A stretch of 20,842 nucleotides of DNA from an uncultured archaeon (GTDB taxonomy: Archaea; Altiarchaeota; Altiarchaeia; JAFGQM01). The notes under the pieces were generated by a model, which had not been told where the DNA came from, did not search any database, and saw only the letters and a program-made list of their open reading frames with translations. The DNA is taken from NCBI GenBank assembly GCA_964619365.1, contig CAZUDQ010000004.1, positions 77,285 through 98,126 on the forward strand. Reading direction: 5' to 3'. Position numbers and translations under genes: made by a program. Shown piece by piece: positions 7,962 to 16,487 of this stretch. Numbering within the stretch: the first letter of the stretch is position 1; every line of letters begins with the position of its first letter.

Positions 7962-9734
7962 ATGGGGCTAAAAGTCAAGAACATTGCAATTATTTTACTC
8001 GCAGCGTTATTATTTTTCCTAGTTTTACCTGTTGCATTTTCCCAGACGCCATGGCTCATAAACGACCTTGATGCTAAAGTCACTTTCTCAGGTAAAATCA
8101 ATCTTGATTATGGGAGCAATGAGGATGGATATGCCCATACTGTAAAAGCGACGTTATATTCAATCCCACAAACAACAACGGGACAAAATGCCACTTTGGT
8201 TCGGGCTTCACCCAAAGACTATGAGCTTGAAACTGATGAATATGGCAACAAAAGAGTGGTTTTTACATGGTACTCACCCAAGAAGTCTGTTTTGGACTAC
8301 TATCTGGAGTGGGACGTTACTTCAGAGCATCTTAAATTTGCAATAGACTCAATAGGCGAGTTCCCTCCCGATGAGGATATAAACGACATATACCTTAAAC
8401 CTTCGAACCTAACTGCGTGGAACAAATACATTTCCACTAAGGCAAATTCTCTGACAAAGGAGTCAGGTACTTCTCTTGATGCCGTAAGGCGTCTTGTTGA
8501 CTGGATATCAGATTACGTACATTATGATTACTCCTTAGTGTCTACTGGAAGTTTTTCTGCAAAAGAAGTCTTTTTGACTCGCAGTGGTGTATGCGATGAG
8601 TTTACGAATCTTTTTATCTCAATGGCAAAAAGCGTGGGCATCCCTGCAAGGTATGTGGAGGGTCTTGTTTATTCGGGCAAGGAATGGAACTATCATGCAT
8701 GGGCTGAAGTATACATTGATGGCAGGTGGCTTCCGGTGGACCCGACATACAATGAAGTGGGCTTTATAGACTCAAGCCACATAACGCTTGCAAAGGCGCC
8801 AAGTGATGAATATATCTTTCATAAGTTATGGTGGGAAGGCCATGGAGCAACTGCCAATTTTCTTAAAACAGATTTTGAGATAGAAAACGTCGTTGAGACT
8901 CCGAGAAATCTCATAAGCCTGGATTTTAATCTTCCAGATGGAGCCTGCGCCCAGGAAGTAATAAAAGTAGATGCAGACCTTACAAATCTTGCCAACTCAC
9001 ATCTAGTCGCGGCGTGCGCCTTAAACATGCCTGAAGAAATGCACTTACTTTCGGCTCGCGAACAGACTACATTAATAGCGCCCAAAGGAACATCAACTGT
9101 TTCATGGAATCTCTCAACACCTGCCGGACTTGACGAGCAGTGGATACATATGATGCCGATTCAAGTTACATGTTTTCCTGGGGGAACAAACGTGACAAAA
9201 CAACTTGAAGTCGACCCCCGAAACAAATCGGGCGGTACACTTTCTGCAAGAGTAGAAGATGTCGTCTACTTATCAGAAGGCTTTGTTATGACAAAGACAA
9301 GAAATACTGGAAATGCTCCACTTGGAGATATCGAAGTGGTTCTTTGTTATGGAGAAACTTGCGAGAAAGAAAAAGCAGGAACAATCAAACCCGGCAATGT
9401 CTCAACAGTATTTTTTGAGGGTATAACTCCGGCGGCAGGACAAAGTCTTGTGGTATCCTTAAACTCTTCACAGATAGATTCCTTCAATATGCATTCCGGA
9501 AACATCAGTGTTGATTTGGCTTCTGAAGACGAATCGGCAGAAGGCGGCAAGAAAGAGACTCTTCCCAATGAATCTGGCGTAACTGAGGGTTCTGAACTTT
9601 CAGAAACAAAGACTGTCAAGGGCTGGGACTTAATGATTCCAAAATCACGAGACGAGCAGTTTGCACTCATAATTACAGCAACAATAGCAATCATTGTAGT
9701 TGTCCTTATAATCCGGGCTGCCAAAAAGCGATAA
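7962..9734 (+). CDS. Secreted, C-terminally anchored transglutaminase-like domain protein
   Basis: Likely start is the ATG at 7962 (MGLKVKNIAIILLAALLFFLVLPVAFS signal peptide). Catalytic triad motifs GVCDEF, YHAWAEVY and WLPVDPT. C-terminal TM helix followed by RAAKKR. Confidence 0.9.
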   Translation: MGLKVKNIAIILLAALLFFLVLPVAFSQTPWLINDLDAKVTFSGKINLDYGSNEDGYAHTVKATLYSIPQTTTGQNATLVRASPKDYELETDEYGNKRVVFTWYSPKKSVLDYYLEWDVTSEHLKFAIDSIGEFPPDEDINDIYLKPSNLTAWNKYISTKANSLTKESGTSLDAVRRLVDWISDYVHYDYSLVSTGSFSAKEVFLTRSGVCDEFTNLFISMAKSVGIPARYVEGLVYSGKEWNYHAWAEVYIDGRWLPVDPTYNEVGFIDSSHITLAKAPSDEYIFHKLWWEGHGATANFLKTDFEIENVVETPRNLISLDFNLPDGACAQEVIKVDADLTNLANSHLVAACALNMPEEMHLLSAREQTTLIAPKGTSTVSWNLSTPAGLDEQWIHMMPIQVTCFPGGTNVTKQLEVDPRNKSGGTLSARVEDVVYLSEGFVMTKTRNTGNAPLGDIEVVLCYGETCEKEKAGTIKPGNVSTVFFEGITPAAGQSLVVSLNSSQIDSFNMHSGNISVDLASEDESAEGGKKETLPNESGVTEGSELSETKTVKGWDLMIPKSRDEQFALIITATIAIIVVVLIIRAAKKR

Positions 9735-9826
9735 ACTCCAAAGCTTTTTAATAATTAATTTCTAACTAAGCGCTCAAAATTGAGTTTTCTTGATTCGTGG
9801 GCACACAATTCATTTGCAACTTACAC

Positions 9827-9899
9827 GCGGCTGTAGTCTAGTCTGGTATGACATAGGCTTGCCAAGCCTGTAGCCCGGGTCCGAATCCCGGCAGCCGCA
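9827..9899 (+). tRNA. tRNA-Gly (GCC)
   Basis: Acceptor stem GCGGCTG/CAGCCGC, anticodon arm TAGGC-TTGCCAA-GCCTG, T arm CCGGG-TCCGAAT-CCCGG, discriminator A followed by CCT. Confidence 0.93.
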
Positions 9900-9995
9900 C
9901 CTTAATTATTATTTGGGTAACTCGGTGCATCCACCTTATCTTAAGGTCATTGACATAACGTGCGTGTCCACCTTAAGATCCCGGCAGTCGCACCA
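9885..9995 (+). repeat. Duplicated tRNA-Gly 3' end (att-like direct repeat) flanking a 76-bp insert
   Basis: ATCCCGGCAGCCGCACC (9885-9901) versus ATCCCGGCAGTCGCACC-A (9978-9995): 16 of 17 bases identical. Confidence 0.8.
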
Positions 9996-10059
9996 GTTCT
10001 TCTCAGTATAGCTTTAGCGCCAACTTAAGCTTTTTGTCTTTTCAACCCTAATTAATCCA

Positions 10060-10530
10060 ATGAGTCCAGGACCAAGGCGTGTTCCCAAGGATATCCATTT
10101 CAAGGGGAAGTTCATAGGCGAGCCAAAGTCAGTCTGCGCAACAAAGATAAAGCATTTAGGTAAACCAAAAGCTGGCAAGGTGACGATTGGCAACAATAAA
10201 ATAAGAACAGTCTTTGACGGCCGATTAGGACAAGTGATGGCAAAAGGGGGCATGGGACATGATATTCTCAAAAAAACAGAAGAACAAAAACGGCCAGGAG
10301 TTTTTCTCAAAAGTAAATCGCGAAGAAATACGATTTACAGGCGCGCTGCACAACTAGCAACCCTGAAACATCTGGACATAAAACCCTCTTTTAAGGAAGG
10401 TGTCGAGACATACTCTGAGGAATACACTAACACACTTAAACATTTGGTAAAATTCGGCGTCCCTGAAGCGGAGCACGCGGCTGCATGGAAACTCGTTTTA
10501 AAAGACCATACAGGACGGATTAAGAAGTAA
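10060..10530 (+). CDS. Hypothetical basic protein (MSPGPRR... N-terminus)
   Basis: 156-aa Lys/Arg-rich ORF filling the gap before xth (stop TAA 2 bp before the xth ATG). No family recognised. Confidence 0.7.
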   Translation: MSPGPRRVPKDIHFKGKFIGEPKSVCATKIKHLGKPKAGKVTIGNNKIRTVFDGRLGQVMAKGGMGHDILKKTEEQKRPGVFLKSKSRRNTIYRRAAQLATLKHLDIKPSFKEGVETYSEEYTNTLKHLVKFGVPEAEHAAAWKLVLKDHTGRIKK

Positions 10531-10532
10531 TA

Positions 10533-11303
10533 ATGAAAATAATCTCCTGGAATGTAAACGGCATTCGTGCCTGCGAGAAAAAAGGCATGCTGCAATGGCT
10601 TCAAAAAGAGTCGCCAGACATCTTTTGCGTCCAAGAAACAAAGGTCACACCAGAGCTTTTGCCAAAGACTCTTTCTGAAGTTGAAGGGTACCACAGTTAT
10701 TGGAACTATGCAAGCCGCAAGGGCTACGCGGGAACTGCAGTATTTTCTAAGGAAGAACTAGAATCTGTAATAACAGAATTCCCAAAGAACCCAAAGTTTG
10801 AAGAAGACGGACGCGTGCTGCGCCTTGATTATCCAGAATTTACTCTCCTTAACATCTATTTTCCAAATGGGGGAACGCGCGCTGATGGGACAGAGATGCT
10901 AAGCTACAAGCTTGCCTTCTACGATGAAATGACGCAGTATGCAAAGGATATCCTAAATTCAGGAAAGGAGATTATTCTCTGTGGGGATTTTAATGTTGCC
11001 CATGAAGAAATAGACCTTGCACGGCCTAAGGAAAACAAGGATTCAATAGGCTTCTTACCAATCGAGCGCGCCCGCTTGTCAACAATGCTTGATGCCGGAT
11101 TTATTGATTGTTTCAGGGAGCTTCACCCAAAAGAAGTCAGTTATACCTGGTGGTCAATGCGAACGCGAGCACGAGCGCGAAACGTTGGTTGGCGCCTTGA
11201 TTATTTTCTCGCATCAAAATCTCTTTTTAACAAAGCGAAGTCCTGCTTACATATGACAGAAGTAACAGGGTCAGATCATTGTCCAATAAGGATTGACATC
11301 TAA
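10533..11303 (+). CDS. xth: Exodeoxyribonuclease III (AP endonuclease)
   Basis: MKIISWNVNGIRA, CVQETK, YFPNG, GDFNVAH, YTWWS.R..AR.RNVGWRLDYF and GSDHCP motifs. Confidence 0.97.
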   Translation: MKIISWNVNGIRACEKKGMLQWLQKESPDIFCVQETKVTPELLPKTLSEVEGYHSYWNYASRKGYAGTAVFSKEELESVITEFPKNPKFEEDGRVLRLDYPEFTLLNIYFPNGGTRADGTEMLSYKLAFYDEMTQYAKDILNSGKEIILCGDFNVAHEEIDLARPKENKDSIGFLPIERARLSTMLDAGFIDCFRELHPKEVSYTWWSMRTRARARNVGWRLDYFLASKSLFNKAKSCLHMTEVTGSDHCPIRIDI

Positions 11304-11363
11304 ATAACACCCCGCCATTTTTATAGGAAGTATGATTAGTTTAATGATAATTATATTAACAAA

Positions 11364-12995
11364 ATGGAAAGCTATCCTGAAACTCGTGATACTGAAGAGG
11401 GAAACAAAATATTTTTGATAATAGTACTAATCCTTAGTGTACTAATTGTCGTCCTTCTTCTTTTACTTGCCCTTGGCATATTGCCAATTGGCGGCGCTGG
11501 AGCTTGTGAATGCAATTGTGGGGATTTAGGTATGCCCCCCGGACTTTGCCAAACGCCTGATTGTACAGGGGATGCCTGCAAATATGTAACAGTTGAAGGC
11601 TGTTGTGGCAACGGTGCATGTGAGGCTGATGCCGGTGAGACACCCGGTAATTGTCCGATAGACTGCATGAGTGGGATAAAAGTAGTGCTTAATGGAACCT
11701 ATCTCGAATACGAAGGCGGCGAATTAAGTTGTCCTGATTGTGTTTGTAGGGATGGCACATCAGGAACCCCTGGCGAACCTGGAACGAATGGCAATGGTAA
11801 CCCGGGAGCTTTATGTATCTGCTATGAAACAGACTGTGCTGATAAGATAGATAACGACGGAGATGGTTATATTGATTGTGACGACCCAGATTGCCCATGT
11901 CCAGAAGGCGGCGATTGTCCAGAATGTCCACCGTGTGACGAAGGCTCCTGTCAGGATGAATGTTATCCTCCTAATGAACCTTGCAAGCTTGCCAGCGGGG
12001 CAGCTGATGGTATGTGTATCGAAGGTGTTGATGGATGTTACAGTTGCGTCCCTGAAACGGGCGATGAGCCCGAGTGCCAAAACGAATGCATATGTGCGGA
12101 AGACTGCGTAATGAATGACGGTTCAACAGGCATGTGCACTAAGGCAAATGACGGTTGTTGTTATTGCCGCGGCAAGGAATTAGTTGCGTGTGAGAGTTCT
12201 GAGACACCAACCTGCGGAGGTTACTGTACAACTGATCATCACTGTGATTATATATCAATACTCCAGCGCTGTGCATGCGTCCCGGATAACGAAGATGACT
12301 GTGATGACCAGGTGGATAATGACGGTGATGGTTACATAGACTGCGATGACCAAGATTGTGCAGGCGATCCAGCATGTGCGACCCCATGCGGTCAAATAGA
12401 CGATCCAAAGTATTGTGATGTCGGCTACTGCGAGAATGATGAGATTTGTGTCCCAGGGGCAACATATTGTATGTGTGTACCTGAAACTGAAGATGATTGT
12501 ACAGACCAGATTGATAATGATGCCGATGGTTATACCGATTGCGAAGATAGGGACTGCTCAGAAGAACCTGAATGTGCGACCCCATGCGGTCAAATAGACG
12601 ATCCAAAGTATTGTGATGTCGGCTACTGCGAGAATGATGAGATTTGTGTCCCAGGGGCAACATATTGTATGTGTGTACCTGAAACTGAAGATGATTGTAC
12701 AGACCAGATTGATAATGATGCCGATGGTTATACCGATTGCGAAGATAGGGATTGCACAGAAGATCCCGCTTGCGGACCAGTCCTACAAATAGCCTGCGCG
12801 GATGCGTCATACGGCTCTTGTAGCATTGGCACCTGTTACTCGGGACAAAATATGCAGTGTATAGAAGTTCGTGGTGGATGTGCCTGTGTTCCAATGTCCG
12901 AAATAGATTGCAGCAACAGGTTTGACGATGACTATGATGGGTATGTAGATTGCGACGACCCGGATTGTTGGTACAGCCAAGATTGTATAATGTAA
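11364..12995 (+). CDS. Membrane-anchored Cys/Asp-rich surface protein with five DCxDxxDNDxDGYxDCxDxDC modules
   Basis: N-terminal TM segment (IFLIIVLILSVLIVVLLLLLALGIL), CGNGACE..E...NCPIDC motif, short G-x-y stretch, repeated DxDxDG Ca-binding-like loops. Confidence 0.88.
   Translation: MESYPETRDTEEGNKIFLIIVLILSVLIVVLLLLLALGILPIGGAGACECNCGDLGMPPGLCQTPDCTGDACKYVTVEGCCGNGACEADAGETPGNCPIDCMSGIKVVLNGTYLEYEGGELSCPDCVCRDGTSGTPGEPGTNGNGNPGALCICYETDCADKIDNDGDGYIDCDDPDCPCPEGGDCPECPPCDEGSCQDECYPPNEPCKLASGAADGMCIEGVDGCYSCVPETGDEPECQNECICAEDCVMNDGSTGMCTKANDGCCYCRGKELVACESSETPTCGGYCTTDHHCDYISILQRCACVPDNEDDCDDQVDNDGDGYIDCDDQDCAGDPACATPCGQIDDPKYCDVGYCENDEICVPGATYCMCVPETEDDCTDQIDNDADGYTDCEDRDCSEEPECATPCGQIDDPKYCDVGYCENDEICVPGATYCMCVPETEDDCTDQIDNDADGYTDCEDRDCTEDPACGPVLQIACADASYGSCSIGTCYSGQNMQCIEVRGGCACVPMSEIDCSNRFDDDYDGYVDCDDPDCWYSQDCIM
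12374..12751 (+). repeat. 198-bp-period tandem duplication within the Cys-rich gene
   Basis: 12374-12553 is identical to 12572-12751 (180 bp). Confidence 0.95.
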
Positions 12996-13034
12996 GGGAG
13001 CCCTTAGTATGAGGGCCTTTCTTATCATTTTAAA

Positions 13035-14051
13035 ATGAAAGAAGCCTCCTTTTGGGTTCTGGAGAAATCTGGGGACATATCTTGCAAACTCTGTTCGCAT
13101 TATTGCAATCTGACACAGCAGAAAAGAGGAATATGTTCAGTACGTGAGCATAGAGACCACAAACTTTTCTCACTTAATTACGGCAAGATATGTGCCGCAA
13201 ATTTAGACCCGATAGAAAAAAAGCCACTTTATCACGTTCTTCCCGGTTCGCGCGCATTTTCAATAGCTTCCATGGGTTGTAATTTCTCATGCCAGTTTTG
13301 TCAGAATTGGGGTATAGCACAATATCCTAAGGGACATTCAGGTGCAATAGTGGGCGAGAATGCGACACCAAATGATATTGTATCAACCGCGAAAAAGAAC
13401 TGCGCAGAGTCTATAGCCTATACTTATACTGAGCCGACAGTATGGATGGAGTTTGCCCGCGATTGCGGAATGCTCGCAAAAGAAGAATGCATAAAGAACT
13501 TATGGGTATCTAATGGCTTTATGTCTAAGGAATCCTGTAAAGACCTTACAAACTGGGTTGATGCGGCAAACATAGACCTAAAATCCTTCTCAGACAAGTT
13601 CTACAGGGAAATCTGCGGTGGACGCCTTGAACCCGTGCTTGATAACCTAAAAACACTTAAGGAAAACGGAGTCTGGGTCGAGATTACAACCCTCATCATA
13701 CCCAAGAAAAACGACTCGGAAAAAGAGCTTAAGGAAACGGCTAGGTTTATTGCAGAAGAAATAGGAGTCGAAACGCCTTGGCACATTTCAGCTTTCCATC
13801 CGGATTACAAGATGACTGACACCGAACCAACCTCCAAAAAGTCCTTAGAAAAAGCCTACGCGATTGGCAAAAAAGCAGGACTTGAGAATGTATATATCGG
13901 AAATCTTGATGTAGGATTAGGAAAGGATACGCTTTGTCCGGCGTGTGGCGAGCCTGTGATCATAAGGGAAGGCTACTTGGTAATTGATAATCGCCTGAAT
14001 GCGGGCAAATGTTCCGAGTGCGGCGGAAAAATAGCCGGAATCTGGAAGTAA
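13035..14051 (+). CDS. amrS: AmmeMemoRadiSam system radical SAM enzyme
   Basis: CKLCSHYC...GICSVR, DPIEKKPLYH, GCNFSCQFCQNW (CxxxCxxC), IAYTYTEP, DAANIDLKSF, PWHISAFHPDY and C-terminal CPAC/CSEC. Confidence 0.95.
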   Translation: MKEASFWVLEKSGDISCKLCSHYCNLTQQKRGICSVREHRDHKLFSLNYGKICAANLDPIEKKPLYHVLPGSRAFSIASMGCNFSCQFCQNWGIAQYPKGHSGAIVGENATPNDIVSTAKKNCAESIAYTYTEPTVWMEFARDCGMLAKEECIKNLWVSNGFMSKESCKDLTNWVDAANIDLKSFSDKFYREICGGRLEPVLDNLKTLKENGVWVEITTLIIPKKNDSEKELKETARFIAEEIGVETPWHISAFHPDYKMTDTEPTSKKSLEKAYAIGKKAGLENVYIGNLDVGLGKDTLCPACGEPVIIREGYLVIDNRLNAGKCSECGGKIAGIWK

Positions 14052-14148
14052 GATTTTCTTACTTTTAACATTTCTATTACGTTGGGTTACAAAGTAACCC
14101 GACCATACTCATCGGGTATTTCCGATAAAGTAAGATTTTCTTACTTTT
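14046..14148. repeat. 21-bp palindromic direct repeat flanking a 61-bp hairpin-rich insert between convergent genes
   Basis: AAGTAAGATTTTCTTACTTTT at 14046-14066 and 14128-14148, identical. Confidence 0.9.
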
Positions 14149-15325
14149 TGGCGTTAAGCGTTTTTCCAGCACTTATTACTAGGTTTTTAGCGCCTTTGAC
14201 ATCACCTTCCTGTATTTTACTTGCGGCAATAGTCATGTTTTTCTCAAACTCACTTTTTGGAAGGATTGCGCCAAGTAAGTTTAGATTTGAAGCTAAATGA
14301 TCTGCTGTAAACTCCTCATGGCTTTTTGGTGAATGCCAATATTCTAGGTTTTCAGAATAAACCTTTGCTTGTTTTTTTGCTATTTTTTCCTTAAACTTGG
14401 GGTCAGGGTGTTTTGCAACTTGTTCAAGCCTTAAGGGATTTAACCATATGTGGGCTGCCGCTGTTGAAAGGGCGTATCTATTTGCCTGTTTTATATGTTC
14501 GCGACTTTTTGTGATGTCCCCAGCATTAATTGACATTTGCGCCTTTTTGATATAGTCACGTGTTCCTCTTATTGATGGTGACTGAGAGTACCTGTTCTTG
14601 TTTGCCTCATCTTCTAAGAGTTTCTTTGCAGCTTCTAATCCAGAACCCTCTACACCATCTCCTGTAAGGGCATAAGCTTCTGAAAGTGAATCTACCAAGC
14701 GATGAACTCTGTAATCATGTTCTGCCTTCCTTTTGATTAATGCGGCTCTTCGTCTGGGAATCTGTTTTGCTTGTCCCTTAAGCGCATTTCTCCTTCCCCT
14801 TATTTCTTCTTGAGAGCCTGTAAGAAGGTTTATTATTGCGGTAGGACTCTTTTTTTTATCCGAGAGGATGCTATCAAGTTCTGTTGCAGCAACTAGTTTT
14901 TCACCAGAGACGCCCCCGTGTATTTTGCTATCCCCGACAAGAATTGCTCTTGCAGCGTTAAGCTTCCCTAGGTCTTCTGTAGTGAGTTTTCCAGAATCCC
15001 CGACCTTGTCCCTTACGCTACTGAGCGTCTTACCCACTTCTTTTAGGGCATCCCTCTCATTTACTACAGATTCTTCCTTATGCCACTCTGCACGTATGGC
15101 GCCATACAAATCTTTAAATGTAACTTCACGAAGACGTCCGTGTTCGTATTCCTTAGGATATCTTGGAACCCTGACTCCATCTTTTCCAACAACTATCCTG
15201 GTCTTACCCATAGATCCATAGATCTTAGGAACTATCCAGACGCCGTGAGGTATCTGCGGACTTTTTCTGGCTTCACCCCAGGAGATTTTCACAGGACCGC
15301 GTCTTGAGCCTTTTGGAGGGGGCAT
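14141..15325 (-). CDS. Hypothetical basic, largely helical protein (MPPPKGSRR... N-terminus)
   Basis: 394-aa ORF, Lys/Arg/Ala-rich with coiled-coil-like segments. No family recognised. Confidence 0.8.
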   Translation of the reverse strand: MPPPKGSRRGPVKISWGEARKSPQIPHGVWIVPKIYGSMGKTRIVVGKDGVRVPRYPKEYEHGRLREVTFKDLYGAIRAEWHKEESVVNERDALKEVGKTLSSVRDKVGDSGKLTTEDLGKLNAARAILVGDSKIHGGVSGEKLVAATELDSILSDKKKSPTAIINLLTGSQEEIRGRRNALKGQAKQIPRRRAALIKRKAEHDYRVHRLVDSLSEAYALTGDGVEGSGLEAAKKLLEDEANKNRYSQSPSIRGTRDYIKKAQMSINAGDITKSREHIKQANRYALSTAAAHIWLNPLRLEQVAKHPDPKFKEKIAKKQAKVYSENLEYWHSPKSHEEFTADHLASNLNLLGAILPKSEFEKNMTIAASKIQEGDVKGAKNLVISAGKTLNAKK

Positions 15326-15403
15326 TTGTAATATAATTTAGACAATAAAAGATAAGAATAGATTTTATGTTTATACAGTTTAATATATCACTAAGACGTT
15401 AAG

Positions 15404-16159
15404 ATGCCCGCCCCCAAGAAACTCAAGAAAAGCGCTCCAAGAACACAAGACCGCCAAATTAGCAAGGATTATGGTGGACTTGATTCCAGGACAATTCTTC
15501 GCTGGCGCAGAAAAAAGGTCAACCCAAAAACCAAACGAATCCTTGTGAAGCACTACGTTGAAAAAAGACCATACCCAGAAGGAGATTATGGGCATCGCAG
15601 ACGTTTTGATTTTTCCGAGCACCACTACAAAATATCAAAGCAACTTAGGCGCATAGGACTTCCTGCAGTAGGCTACATGCGAATAGAGCCACAACATAAA
15701 AGACTCACCAGGTTTTTCCAAAAGGATCTTACAGAAGGGGACAAAAGAGAAGCATTGGAGCCAGTTTTATTCGGCGAGTTCGAAAACAAAGTATTAAACC
15801 GTGGCATAGATGACAGACTCCCTAACATGTATGGAAAGATGCTAGAAGACCTTGCGGTTTTACATAAGAACGGATTTCGCCTTAATCCCGAAAGAAATCC
15901 TCTTGAGGCATGGATGTTCACATATCATCCTGAAACAAAGGACATAAGAAGGCACATCAGTGATTTTGGCGGTATAGTCAAAACAAAAAATCCAGACATT
16001 GCTGCAAAGGAAGATTTAGAAGCTTTCTCGAAGATTTTGTCACACAGATTCGGACCTAACTTTGATGAACTTGCAAAGGAAAACATTATGCTAACATACC
16101 AGCTGAAAAAAGATAGTATAGCCCTAACAAATGAGGATGTTAAACCCAAATCCCCATGA
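15404..16159 (+). CDS. Basic protein with a probable atypical protein-kinase-like fold
   Basis: MPAPKKLKK N-terminus, LRRIGLPAV, MLEDLAVLHKNG (alphaE-like) and ISDFG (DFG at 15962-15970). No canonical HxD between the last two. Confidence 0.6.
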   Translation: MPAPKKLKKSAPRTQDRQISKDYGGLDSRTILRWRRKKVNPKTKRILVKHYVEKRPYPEGDYGHRRRFDFSEHHYKISKQLRRIGLPAVGYMRIEPQHKRLTRFFQKDLTEGDKREALEPVLFGEFENKVLNRGIDDRLPNMYGKMLEDLAVLHKNGFRLNPERNPLEAWMFTYHPETKDIRRHISDFGGIVKTKNPDIAAKEDLEAFSKILSHRFGPNFDELAKENIMLTYQLKKDSIALTNEDVKPKSP

Positions 16160-16179
16160 TTAGGAAAAAACGCAAGACC

Positions 16180-16292
16180 CTTATCTAGAAGAAAAGGTTC
16201 TTCATCTTTAAATACTGCAAGGACGAGTTCACGGAAGATTACCACAAGATGAGTATGTCCAGACGGCATCTCACGCCGCAAAGCTGAACTTT
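16180..16292 (+). pseudogene. Probable decayed DDE transposase fragment (IS4/IS5-like C-terminal region)
   Basis: Reads LI*KKRFFIFKYCKDEFTEDYHKMS, then after a 1-nt frameshift VQTASHAAKLNF. This resembles the WKKM..YF.Y..EEF..HYHKRSNVETxFHxIKxKF segment of DDE transposases (recognised from memory, not searched). Confidence 0.5.
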
Positions 16293-16340
16293 ATCAATAG
16301 CTTATAGTTTTTTTGAACAAAGCCCCTTCAAAACAGAAAG

Positions 16341-16350
16341 CTTTTTATAG
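16341..16350 (+). promoter_or_regulatory. TATA box of the 5S rRNA gene
   Basis: A-rich BRE-like CAGAAAG followed by CTTTTTATAG, about 25 nt upstream of the 5S start. Confidence 0.6.
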
Positions 16351-16370
16351 GTGTAACTGCAAAATAAACC

Positions 16371-16487
16371 AGTCAACGGCCATAGCGGAGTGGTTCCACC
16401 TGGTCTCATCCCGAACCCAGAAGTTAAGAACTCCAGCGATTTGGCCTGTACTGCGTAATACGTGGGAAAACCAAGACGCTGTTGACT
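16371..16487 (+). rRNA. rrf: 5S ribosomal RNA (stand-alone)
   Basis: Helix I AGTCAACGGC/GCTGTTGACT; conserved CGGCCATAGCG, CATCCCGAACCCAGAAGTTAAG and GTACTGCG..GTGGGAA motifs; 117 nt. Confidence 0.95.

Noticed and set aside
12374-12751. Repeat pair as a diversity-generating retroelement TR/VR
   Set aside because: The copies are identical, tandem and in-frame, with no adenine-specific mismatches. No reverse transcriptase is present in the window.
14046-14148. Mini-CRISPR, integron attC or dif site interpretation of the 21-bp repeats
   Set aside because: There are only two repeats with a 61-bp structured spacer. The GTTGGGT/ACCCGAC pair is in the opposite order to attC cores, and the palindrome is 8-3-8 rather than the 11-6-11 layout of dif.
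16157-16300. Stop-codon readthrough or alternative genetic code extending the kinase-like gene
   Set aside because: Conserved genes here end at TGA, TAA and TAG normally. The downstream coding-like signal is better explained by a transposase remnant in other frames.
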